A stretch of DNA of 60,884 nucleotides, the filler included, from Jimgerdemannia flammicorona (lineage: Eukaryota): NCBI GenBank assembly GCA_003990765.1. It is 3 parts of 3 records of this genome, joined end to end, with 100 filler letters (N's around TTAATTAATTAA, not from the genome) between each part and the next. Parts side by side here need not be neighbours in the genome. Positions count along the whole stretch, not along the records: positions 20,332 to 40,558 come from RBNJ01001730.1; 2 more parts are not named here. One strand, given 5' to 3'. This document shows, piece by piece, positions 25,681 through 38,046 of the stretch. How positions within the stretch are numbered: the stretch's first letter is position 1; each line of letters starts with the position of its first letter. The position numbers were made by a program, and so were the translations under genes. Below the pieces are notes generated by a model. It worked only from the letters and a program-made list of their open reading frames with translations. It was not told where the DNA came from and did no database searches.

Positions 25681-26885
25681 GGAATAAAGCACATTATATT
25701 TCTTTATATTAATCTATTTGGCCTTTCAGCTGATAACTGTATACATACATTCTATATATTCCTCTCTATAAGAAATAGTATTGGTGAGATAAGTATCATT
25801 GCACTAGCCAATATATTGAAGACAAATATGAGTCTATAGAATCTGATCCTAGATAGTATATATAAATAAAGTGCATTATATTTCTTGGTATTCATCTGTT
25901 TAGTCTTCTAGCTGATAACTATATATATATATATATCTTATATATTCCCCCCTATAGTGAATAGTATTAGGAAGATAGAAGCTATCATATTAGCTAATAT
26001 ACTGAAGATAAATATAGATCTACAGAACCTGAGCCTATATAGTATATAAGAATAAAGTATATTATATTTCTTTGTATTTATCTGTTTGATCTTCCAGCTG
26101 ATAACTATATATATATATATATGTATCTCATATATTCCCCTCTATAGGAAATAGTATTAGCAAGATAGATATCATCATACTAGCTAATATACTAAAGATG
26201 ATTACAGATCTGCAGAATCTGAGTCTATAGTATATAGAAATAAAGTATATTATATTTCTTTACATTTATCTGTTTAGCCTTCTAGCTGATAACTATATAT
26301 ATATATCCTATATATTTTCCTCTATAGAGAATAGTATTGATAAGATGGGTGCTATCAAACTAGCTAATATGTATACTAAAGATAAACATGGGTTAGCAGA
26401 ATCTGAGTCTGGGTAGTATATAGGAATGAAGTATATTATGTTTCTTTGTATTCATCAGTTTGATCTTTTAGCTGATAACTGCATATATACATATTATATA
26501 TTCTCCTCTATAGAGAATGATATTGATGATATAGGTGTCATTGCACTAACTAATATGCTGAAAATAAACACAGGTCTGTAGAACTTGAGCCTAGACTATA
26601 TATAGGAATAAAGTATATTACATTTCTTTGCATTCATCTGTTTAGCCTTCTAGCTGATAACTATATATATACATCCTGTATATTTTCCCCTATAGTAAAT
26701 GATATTAGTATAACAGATATCATTGCACTAGTCAATATGCTGAAGATGAATATAGGCCTACAGAATCTGAGTCTAGATAGTATATAGAAATGAAGTATAT
26801 TATATTTTTTTACATTTGTCTGTTTGGCCTTTTAGCTAATAACTGTATGCATATATCTCATACATTTCTCTCTATAGGGAATAGT
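25681..26885. repeat. Tandem array, ~182-188 bp unit, ~6.5 copies
   Basis: Units start at 25681, 25863, 26049, 26237, 26423, 26605 and 26787 (GGAATAAAGT..TTTCTTT..CATCTGTTTGGCCTT..AGCTGATAACT..). Confidence 0.92.
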
Positions 26886-28078
26886 AAAAATTATACTAGC
26901 CAAAGTGTGGATTGTGAACAGAATAAGTTTTTAGAAATAGAGTATATATATAATTTTTTTATATATAATTTCTCTATTGCTGATAGTATTCACAGAAATA
27001 AGATAGAATGAGCAACCTATTATAATAGATATCTATATATAATAAATAAATAAAATACAATATAATTACTATCTATATATCTTTATTCCTATAAAATCTA
27101 TCTCAAGTCAAATTTTTAACTATAACAACTATCCTCCCATTTGTCATTTATTATAGACAGAGGCACTACCTTCTACTTCCACCTACTTACTAACTGATTT
27201 CTCTTCTAAATAATAGCTCTATTTCTATAATATCAATAATTCAGACTACTAAACTCACAATAGACAATATCATATACATTAGAATAATTAAGGTTAGATA
27301 TTCAGTAGTTAAGGTCAGATATTCAGTAGTTAAGATTAGTTATTTGCTTGATACTTATTAACTGAGTATCTGGGCTATATTGTTATTTCAATTGATTAGA
27401 CATATTTATATTTATAAAAGAAAACCAAACTACCTCAAAAGGTTTTGATGATCTATATATATAGTTTGGATAGAAGATTCTTATATAGCTGAGTTTGAGT
27501 AACTCAGTATATAAATGAGAAGGTTACAAAAACAAAAGTCTATGCAAAAAAGTTAAAAAGAATAAGTTAGGAAACAAATCTGTATCAAAAAAGATAAAGA
27601 AATAATGAAAAAGACAGAGAAATAAAAATATAGAAAAGGCAGATATAAGTAATAATATATACTTTCAAAGCTTAATATATATACTTGATAGTTATATATA
27701 AAAGAGCAGAGAAAAATGATATTTTACATTATACTAATATGTGATATATTATATTATATAATTATATCTGATGTCTTGAGATATATATAGCTCTAAATTC
27801 AAGATGTGATTAACTAAATAAATATCTACCTCTATACTAATATTATTATTCTTTATATTATTCTTTCACCCAACTCTATTTCAGACTGACTTATAACTAT
27901 ATCAATGACTCCATCATATTGTAGAGGTATTGAATACAGATGTAAGTTTTCTGAAATTTATATAATTTATAATTAATGCTGATCAATACTCTGTAACTCT
28001 ATACCTAACTACTCACTTATATATATTATACTATATATTTCATTTTCTTTACTAAATAAGATATTGGCTATATAGTAC

Positions 28079-28625
28079 TAGTACTCCAAATAAGCTGATT
28101 CAGATCAATTTAAATTAACCATTGTTTTGGTTTTCAAATTAGTTAATTAAATGTTTACATCAATAACTTAATTAATAATTATCCATTTTTGATAATATTG
28201 ATGTCATTTGAAAGCCCTTAATAAGGTCTTTCTAATAATACCAAGAATATTGAAATTGGATTATATATTGCTGAGTTATCAAGGAAAATGTCTGACTTAC
28301 CAATTTCAACTACTGATTTTGGAAATTTCTTCAAAAGACCATTTTCCTTAATAGCTTGGTAATGTATCATCCGATTTTAATATTCTTGATATCATTAGAA
28401 AGGCCTTATTAAGGGCTTTCAAATGACACTAAGATCATCAAAATTAGATAATTATTCATTGAGTTATTGATATAAATATTTAATTATCTAATTTGGAAAT
28501 CAAAACAATGGTTGATTTAAATTAATCCAGATCAGTTTATTTTTTATCTAAGTTGATCTGGATGGGATTCAATTCAAATCCAATCAAAATCTAATCTGGA
28601 TTAAATTAACTCATTCAGAGCACTA
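28079..28625. mobile_element. hAT-like non-autonomous foldback element (MITE) with ~205-bp internal inverted arms and a decayed 8-bp TSD
   Basis: TIRs TAGTACTCCAAATAAG and revcomp TAGTGCTCTGAATGAG. Flanks TATAGTAC (28071-28078) and TATGGTAT (28626-28633). Inverted arms 28088-28293 and 28336-28542. Confidence 0.8.
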
Positions 28626-29132
28626 TATGGTATAATATAACTCTATAATTATATAGAAAGATATATAAAGTATAAAGATATAGAACTAGAATTTATAATT
28701 TCTACTTGGTAGTAGCAATATTAATTATTAAAAAGGACTTTCTGTAAAGCTAAATTACAAATACAATAAGCAGTAATTTGAGCAAACTAAAATTATGAAA
28801 TTTCAGAAATTGTATTCTATATAATATAAAATATTTTAAGTTAGACTTTTAGTTAGTTTGGAATTAAAGATAGATTATATAATTAATTATAAATATTAGT
28901 ATATTTAAAAATTAATACATTTTATATTCAATATACTTAAATTATTATTATATAATTATTCTTACCTAATGAATTATAAATATATCTATAATTTAAACTA
29001 TATTTTACTAAATATATATAATTTCTAAAGGAATAATACTTGCCAGAGTACTTTAATTTTACTTTCATATAAATTATATTAAATCTAGTAATGGTGTTTA
29101 CTAAGTGCTAATTCTAAAATTTATATATATAT

Positions 29133-30515
29133 TGTGACAAACTAAGATATATCGCACAAATTATACCTTAGTCAGATGATATGAACAATTAGTCAGATGA
29201 TGTGAACATACAGCATAGTAACCAGTAACCATTGCTGTGGAAACTGTATAAATAGCCAGACTACCAGATAAGGTATATCTGTACAGGACCTGCACACCTG
29301 TGCTGGACCTGCACACTTGTGCTGAACCTGCACAACTTGCCATAAGTAGTAAATCTATAGTTAGCCACATAGCAACCAGATAGCAACCAACTTGTATAAA
29401 TTACCCCAGAGATAAGAGTGAATAAACCTCAGTCCAAATTGAAGTGTAAACCAAAAAAGCCTCTAAAGATTGAGCATTGGTCTCCTTATTCCTACTCTGG
29501 TCCACTTTCCAATACAAAGCTTGAAGATTTTACCATCAAGTTTGATTGAAGAACTTCACTACCTTTGGAATTATTGGTACTCTTGTCAGACTAAGCCTGA
29601 AGAATCCAAGTTTGCCACCCTTTGAGTTATTTGCCACATTCTCAGAGAGCCTGTCTTTCTTACCACAAGCCAGTCTCTTGATACAACTTTGCAGTAATTC
29701 ATTTGCACAAATGAAGCCAGTCTAGATATAACTTGTTAAGAACTCAAGTTATTTCCCAGTTGAAGCTGATTCAGGAAGAATCCATGCCATCTGAGTTATT
29801 TTCCAGAAGCCCACTAATTTAGGAGAATCCATGTCATCTGCTATTTTTAAGTTATCTGCATTCCCAGAAGACCCACACCACCCAAGTATTATTTCTAGAA
29901 GAGCCTGATCCATGTCATCCAGAGTTATCATGCCATCCGAGCTATTTATTGTTCCTAGTAAGCCCAAGCTATCAAGTTATCCACTACCAGTATAGTTCGC
30001 AGTAAGAAGAATCTGCAATATTCAAGAAGCCTACTGCTTTTGGAGAAGCTGTGCCAAATCAAGCCATCTGCCAGAAATTACATATTTTTGGAAACCCATT
30101 GCACTATACAGAGATTGTTGTACTATACAAGATTATCATACAGAAATTACATAAGGAGAACTGCTAAATTGCTAGACCATTATATATAGAGATTATCATA
30201 TTATACAAAGAAATCACCCACTACTCAAGAAGGAAACTGTTCATACTACACATAAAATTCTACTAATTCCCAGTTGATCTAAGAAGAAAACCCATTCACA
30301 CAAATCACCACTATACCCAGAGAACTGTCCCAATAAGGAAATCACCAGAACTGCTTGCAGATATTCTGCTTTGACTATTATATCACTAAACACCAACAAG
30401 GACCTCAGGAATCTTAGAATATTTTGTTGATTTTGACAAAGTAACTAAGGACTCAAGCCAAACTACATCAACCCCCAACCTTGTAATTTGCCTTCATTGA
30501 GCCAGGCATGTTATA
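29133..30515 (+). repeat. 5' LTR (1383 bp)
   Basis: Colinear with 38047-39441; TATAAAT boxes and AATAAA inside. Confidence 0.95.
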
Positions 30516-30517
30516 TT

Positions 30518-30536
30518 TGGGGGCTCAACTGAGAAT
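30518..30536 (+). promoter_or_regulatory. Primer binding site, tRNA-Pro type (decayed)
   Basis: TGGGGGCTCAACTGAGAAT 2 nt after the LTR; reverting transitions gives TGGGGGCTCGACCGGGAAT, matching a tRNA-Pro 3' complement. Confidence 0.75.
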
Positions 30537-30584
30537 ATTTCAAAATTAACATGACTTTTCAGCTCATAAGAACCCACAGTCAAA

Positions 30585-32021
30585 TTGAATATATTTGATA
30601 TAACACCAATCTCTGCCACCACAGGAGAATCAGTTATCACTAGCATCTGGATAGGAAGAGAAGTAATCACATCAAGACTTGCCAACTACCCAGCATTAGA
30701 AGGATCCCAACCAGAACCAGAAGGCAGTATAGCCCAAAATCCCCAACCAGATCAACCAGATAACATAGGTGGCCCTGCTGGAGATTTCGAAGAACTTGCA
30801 CAAGAACTAGAAGATCTTATTATATAAGCCTGAGATCTTACAGCCAGATACCCCATATCAGCCCCATCAATCTCACTAATAGAACCTTTACCACAACCTC
30901 TTACAGAGTTGGAAGTAGCTCCTATCAGAATACCTAAACTCATTCCACTTCATCCAAGGTCCAGAACACTATCTTCAGGATATCCAAGCACCCCTATTTC
31001 CAGTGATAGTTCAGAAAGTGAACCAGAATCAGAATCCAGACCAGAACCAGAATTAGAAAAAAGTAATAATGAAATGGCCACCTTATTGCCAACCTTTGCA
31101 GAATACCCAGATGAAGACTCCAGAGAATTCCTTGATGGAATTGAAGGAATTGCAGCTCTGAGGAACCTCTCAGATAAAAGAAAAATTGCCATCTACAAGG
31201 CTTAGCTCAGAGAACCAGTTAGAGGAATTTTCCATCAAACAGCAGACAACCCAGATTCAGAACTGGTGAGACAGATACAAGTAGCAGTATCTTATGAGCT
31301 AGAATATGTGGCCATGGTCCACTGGCTCATTGAAAAGTATGCAGGAAATGAAATCTACCACAAGGCTCAAGAATCCATTGTAGGGATAAAGATGAATCTT
31401 GGAGAATCACCCAGAGCCTTCTTCATAAGAATCCAGAAGGGAATGCATGCTGCCAGGTTCAATGCCACTAACTAGGACATCATAGGTCCAATGACTTTCA
31501 TGAATGGAATTTTCCCAAACATTGTCCAGCATGTCTGCACCCTAGGCATCAGAAGGTCTGAAGAGCAAGTAGATGTAGCTCAAGGATTCTTTGATGTTAG
31601 ACAAGGAACTACCTGGAGTGATCATGGCAAGAAAGAAGATAAAGAAGACATCCTGGTCAAAGCCCTGCAGGGACTCCTTCAAGGACAAGAAAGATCTGAA
31701 GAAAGAAGGCCAGCCAAGGAAAAAAAGAAGGATAGAAGTGAAATCCAAGACCTTAGCTCCAAGTTGGACTGATTGGTTGGACAGATTGAAAAACTCACCA
31801 TATGTGAAAATCAGAGCTACCAAGACAACAGAGGATACCCACCACAGAGGAGCCAAGGTTATTCACCAATAGATAACAGAAACTACCAGCAAGAAGAAAG
31901 AAGATACCCTGTCCAAGATAGAGCTCAAGTCCAATGCTTCCACTATAGACAAATTGGACACTATGCCACTGAATGTAACAACAAAAGAAGTGACCGAAGG
32001 GACTCAGAATCATCAAACTGA
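30585..32021 (+). pseudogene. gag: gag (disrupted) with C-terminal CCHC zinc knuckle
   Basis: LPTFAEYPDEDSREFLDGIE capsid-like region; QCFHYRQIGHYATEC (Cx2Cx4Hx4C with one C>Y transition). Confidence 0.85.
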
Positions 32022-32589
32022 AGGAATGACACTCAGTATAGAAAGACTGAAGCTCATCCTGTTGAAGATTTTGAGGAGGTAAGCAATAGTAAAGACTACA
32101 GTGACCTGGACTTATACCCTACCAAGGTTACAACTTGGAAAACAGTCTACCCAGTAGAGAAAAGGAAGAGACCTGTAGGAAGACCATCCAGAAATATCAG
32201 CAGAAGAATTATCCAGGAGAAAGATGAAGAACATGAGGAGGAATAAGTAGAAATACCTCCCCAAACCCTCTCACCTTTTGTTCCTGAGACAAATGAGTTG
32301 CCACCAGAAGATGAAGAAATGGAACAAGAAGAATGAGAACCTGCTACCCCAAAGCCTAAGCAGAAGTACACTCTGAAGACTATGCCTAAAGATATCTATA
32401 ATAAAGTCTGGCAGAATATTCAAGAGGCCAAGATGGAAGTCCCACTCCTGCAGTTCCTGCAACTGATACCAGCTGGAGTCTGAAACAAATTATTGAGAAC
32501 AACCAGATCCAGCACTGGCTGAGTTCCAATTCCACAGCAAGGACCAGTTCCCATCTCTGCCCAAGTGGCTGGAAGGCATGTCAGCACTT

Positions 32590-35500
32590 ACCTACATGGA
32601 GATATTGAAGGACAAAAGATAAAGATCCTCATAGACATAGGAGTAGCTATCTGTATTATAGCTAAATGGTTCCTGGACACCCTCCAATGGCCCATTGATG
32701 GACCATCCAACCTCAGCATCATAGTAGCAGATGGAACCTGAACTCAACCCCTTGGAGAAGTACAAAACATCACCATCTCCCTTGGACACATTCAGTTCTC
32801 TATCCCAAAAGCTGTTGTCACTAAAGCTGTCACCTATTATATAATTCTTAGCACCAACTGGATGAAGGAAATGAATGCAGTTGTTGATATTGGTCAACAA
32901 GTACTCAAGTTTGACTACTGAGGCAAGAAGTACAGAGTCAAGATGATCAGTTATGAGCAATTAAAAAAGAAGAAGAAGGTCACTATTCAGGAGGAATATG
33001 CCAGTAGTGAAGAATCTACCACAGAAGAAGAGGAAGAATCTGAAAATGGAAATGATCCCAGACTCAATACTGATCAGAAGACAATGTGTGGGCCAAGAAC
33101 ACTATCTCTATTACCATTAGAGCAATTGCAGGAGAAATCAAAGGATGCCCCACCTACCTTAAGAGATACAGGTGTCTCAAGCATTCTTCCAAGATCATGG
33201 GAACAAGGAAATCATCTGGTACAGCCTGCTCTGAGTACAGAAAAAAGAAGAAGAAATGCAGACATGTTTCAGAAACACCTGCAACCAAAGCTGTGGAAGT
33301 ATAAGCAATTTGGGGACAAGAATCATCCAAGGAAGAAGAAGTTCCAGACCAAGAAGTTCCTGAACAAGAAGCACTTGAAGAAGAAGAGGTCTCCAAACTC
33401 ATTCTCTGGGATGACTCTCAGTGGACACCACCTGAAGACAATGACCCTTGGAATATAGAAGAAGGACCCAACATAATCACCATTATCCCCAAGAAAGAAA
33501 CTCATCAAGAAAAGGCTTTTCAGCTAGGAAGATGCCTACATCAAATGGTCTTCCACTCTCCCCAAGACTACTACTATCAGTGCCATTTACTAGACCAACA
33601 GGAAAGACATAGACCCTAGAGACCAGAACCCCTAAATACAGTTGCACAGTTAACTACCTTCCAAGAAGTTACTACCAAGTTGCAAAGTCAATTTAGAGGA
33701 CAAGGCCTCTTTACCCAAATAGATGTATACCCCTTGTCTACTCTTCCACCAACTTATGACCAAGATGGGTACCAATTCCCAAAATAATAAGAGATCAACA
33801 ACCAGGAATATCATTTCTGAGCAATGGAATATTGTAACCATTGAAGATACTCAGATTGCTGAGACTGCAGGCATCAGAAGATCCATCTCAGTTATGATGT
33901 TGCAGTTCACACCTTAAAGAGAGGAGATAACTGAAGTCAGATTTGAAAAAGCCAGACCAAAAAGCCAGGAAGAAGAACTCTCAAGATCAATGATTTAGGA
34001 GAAGACATCCTAGCTCTCATCAGACATGCAACCCACCAAGAAAGGGCAGAAGATGCCACCAACTTCATAGAAGCCCTAGACCCTACATGAAGAAGAGGAA
34101 TCAACTATCTCTGAGACCTCTCTACTGAAGCCAGATGGTCACACCTCAACCTCAGAGCCTGGAGACTCTCTACTAGTGGAGCTTCAGCCCTAGGACAGCC
34201 CAAACTCAGCAAGGACATTGCCCAGTATGCCCTGCTACATCACAAGGCCAAACCCTCGACCAAAGCCCACCCAGAAGATGTAGGGTATGATCTTCATAGT
34301 CTGGAGGATAAATCTATCAAATCTGAAAAAACCTTTATGATCAGAACCAGATTAGCCATACAGCCACCCCAAGGAGCTTACATCAAACTGATCTCAAGAT
34401 CTGAACTTGCCAGACAAGGAATAACTATAGAAGGAGGAACTACTGACCCAGGGTATATAGGTGAAATCAAGGTTATCCTACACAATAGTAGTACAGAATG
34501 GCACTGAATCATTAGAGGACAGAAGATTGCCCAAGCAGTCTTCATGAAGGTCATGATCCCACAATTACAAGAAGCCTCTGAATTGACTGAAGGAACAAGA
34601 CAAGCCAAAGGATTTGGAAGTTCAGACAAGAAGGTAGTATACCTCCTTCAAGTCAACCACCTTAAGAGGAATGTTCTCCAGCAAGTATATCAGCAATCAG
34701 TCAGACTGCACAAGAATCTTATCCTAGAGCCCAGAGAACAAACCACCTTCGAAATCTTTGCACTACCCCACCCCAGAAACCTTTTCTTTGAACCCAAGGA
34801 AGATATTCCACACCTGAACATAGAGGGACACACATTCCCTGACAAGATGAATCTAGTATACTCCCAAGCAACCAACCAAAGTTGGGAGACCATCATCTTG
34901 CTGAAAGGAACCATCATAGGACATCTGGTGCCTTTTCTCAACTGAACTCATAGGGAAGTTTATGAACTAAACCTATCAGGAAATGGCAAGAGGTCTCAGA
35001 AGAAAGGAAAGGCCCCTCTGTGACCCAGGAGACAGTGAAGCCTTCCACCAACATTGGAGAAGAATTGACACCCCATCAACAGCAACAACTAGTAGAACTT
35101 CTCAACAAATATCAAGATATCTTCACTACCAATTATGGCAACCTACCATACAATCCATCATATCATTACAGCATAAATATAGGAAATGCAACACCCATCT
35201 GACAGAAACCCTACAGAATACCCCATCACATAAAAATATTCAAAAAAAGAGCACATCCAAAAACTCTTAGACAATGGAGTCATCTGACCCTCTACCAGCC
35301 CCTGGGCCAGCCCTATACTTATTGTACCAAAGAAAGGAGGATGGAGACTCTGTGTAGATTATAGGAAACTCAACTCAGTCACTGAAAAGGATACCTATCC
35401 TTTGCCCAGAATTGGGATCAGTTACAAGATGCCAGATACTTCAGCAGTATGGACCTCTTTACAGAATTCCATAAGATCCTCATGGACCCCAAAGACATTC

Positions 35501-37507
35501 AAAAGACAACCTTTCTTGCCCTAGGAAAACTGTTTGAATATCTCCAAATACCCTTTGGACTTTTCAATGTACTCTCCACCTTTCAGAGGATGATGAATTC
35601 AGTCTATGCCCCCTTGATTCACCACTGCCTGGTTGTATATATAGACGATTCCAACATCTATTCAGCAAATTTTGAAGAACACCTGCACCACCTAGAGGAA
35701 TTCTTCAAGCTCACCTGCAAGAATCACTTGAGACTGAATGCAAAGAAATGCTACTTTGGGAAATAGAAACTCAAATTCCTTAGATTCATAGTTTCAAAAG
35801 AAGGAACCCATGCAGACCCAAAAAAAACTGAGAAGATCAACAATTGGCCAGTACCTAAGACCCGAAAGGAAATACTATCATTTCTGATGCTAGTATCCTA
35901 CTATAGAAGGTTTATCAAGGACTTTGTCCAAATCACTGCCCCAATCTGAATCCTTCTCAAATAAAGAAGTACCATTCAAATGGACAGAATTATAAGAAAA
36001 AGCCTTTAAAGAACTCAAGAACTACATGTCTACAGTACCAATCCTTGTGTACCCCAATCTACAGAAGCCATTCATCATACTTCTAAAGATGACCTTGGAG
36101 CAGTTCTAGCCCAAGAGGGACCTGATCAAAAACACCATATGATAGCTTATATAAGTAGAGCTACTAATCAGCAGCAGATGAACTATGGTAGCACTAAACT
36201 GAAATACCTTGTAGTTATATGAGTGATCACCCTGTTTAAGTATTACCTCATTGGAAAAAAGTTCACCCTGATCACAGATCATATAGCTCTCAAATAGCTA
36301 TTCAACCACAAGGAACTCACCAGAATCCTAGCCCACTGGATTCTTATTCTTCAGAATTACAAAATCACTATCATCTACAAAGCAGAGAAAGCTCACAATA
36401 ATGTTGATGTACTTTTCCACCAGCCCCAATGAACCAGAAGAAGGGTATTCCAAGGAACTACACCCTAAAGGAAGCTCCTCAGACCATCAAGACACAAGAA
36501 GATCTCATCCAAAAAGAACATCAGAAAGCCCACCAAGGATAGGCAAATATAGAAGAGAAGCTGCAAACAACACACCAACATTGGTCCAACCTTAGAACAT
36601 AAGTCCAGGACATACTCAAGAAATGTGACATCTGCCAGAAGTACCAAGATGGAAGAACTATCAAGAACCACTGCAACCAATTACACCACCAGACAACATC
36701 TTTCAGAGATGGAAAATAGATGTAATTGGACCTCTACCAGTTACACCAAGAAGAAACAAATATATCTTTGTACTTGTAGAACATCTGACCAAGTGGCCCA
36801 AGGCTTTCCCAATGGAAATCGCAGATGTCTTAACTATTATAGGCCTTCTCCATAGACTTACACTCAGATACAGACCCCTAGAAGAACTCATCTCTGACTG
36901 AGGCACAGAATTTATCAATAACATAATTACAAGTTATACCCAAATTCACAAGATTCACCTCAAATGGACCACATCATATCACTCTCAGACCAATGATATG
37001 ACAGAAAGAATGAACCAGACTATCAAGAAAGGACTTGCTCAAGTCAATCCTACCAATTGGGACCTCTGCTTACCTGAGATCCTATGGGAAATTTGGAACA
37101 CCCCTGCTGCCTCCACCAAACAGAAGCCATTCAAAATGATGTTTGCTAAGAAAACCAGAACTACTGACCATAAGAATCTCAGAGATCTTCTCAAGAAGGC
37201 AGAACAGTTACATAATCAAGCCCAAGGTCAGATTATCAAAGCCTAAGAAAGACAAAAGAAGTACTATAACTAGAAACAGAAGGATCAGAAGATCAAGATT
37301 GGAGATTAAGTATTAGTTTGGAGAAGTATAATTGAAATGAATTTTGCCACCAAATTGGAGTCCAAATGGAAAGAACCTTATTTTGTACACAATATCAGAG
37401 GAACTAGCATCTATTTAAGAAGTATGGATGGACAAACTCTGAGGACACCAGTATATATCAATCATCTCAAAATATACCTTTCTCCACATCATGAATCAGA
37501 GAGTTGA
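32590..37507 (+). pseudogene. pol: pol (disrupted): aspartic protease, accessory spacer, dUTPase, RT, RNase H, integrase (no chromodomain)
   Basis: PR KILIDIGVA ~32625; [24 protein letters not shown] ~35632; RH LGAVLAQ, ITDH, HNNVDVL; IN CDICQK, IDVIGPLP, ISD*GTEF, YHSQTNDMTERMN, WKEPYFV. Confidence 0.92.
34226..34627 (+). pseudogene. dut: Trimeric dUTPase domain within pol
   Basis: All five motifs recognisable: VGYDL, SRSELA (RSGLA), GGTTDPGYIGEI, QKIAQ, RQAKGFGSSD. One TGA stop at 34505 (CGA>TGA or TGG>TGA). Confidence 0.93.
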
Positions 37508-38006
37508 CAACTGCCTTCAAACTCTTATCCTTAGCTCATTTCAATTACTGTCAGTTCTCTTACCCCAATTTTGCAAAGTCAATGGGAACACTCTCCAGAA
37601 GATCCAGATTCATCAGGAGAATCTTGTCCTGGCCAGATGATTGCTACAGGTCTATCAACTCCAGGCCTATTATGCAATTGGAGAACAATTGCAGAACCTC
37701 CCAGTCCTAGAACAAACATACATCAGAAATACTACAGGACTATCAAGAAGAGATGCTACTGCTACAGACAGACTGTACACCCTTTATAAGTGAAACCCTG
37801 TAGCCCTGATACAAGTACAATTCTCCTAGTATGATACATAAGGAATGAACCTAGCCACCTATCTGAGCATCATCAATGCTGTTGAAGTCCTATTCCCAGA
37901 AAAAGAAAAAGAACCCTTGGAATGGAGCAACCATAGTACAGATGATGAGGATGATAAAACAGATATTGATGCAGAAGATACTTACCCATACTGAGATAAT
38001 GACTAA
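37491..38006 (+). pseudogene. Extra ~171-codon ORF between integrase and PPT (unknown function)
   Basis: Single frame MNQRVDNCL..QAYYAIGEQL..DRLYTLYK..acidic tail, interrupted only by TGA/TAG/TAA stops that transitions can explain; overlaps the pol stop. Confidence 0.65.
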
Positions 38007-38046
38007 AGGACAGTCTGAGGACAGACCATTCTTTAGTGGGGGCTGA

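Noticed and set aside
25681..26885. Possible CRISPR array or coding repeat
   Set aside because: Whole units repeat with no unique spacers, the context is eukaryotic, and unit lengths are mostly not multiples of 3.
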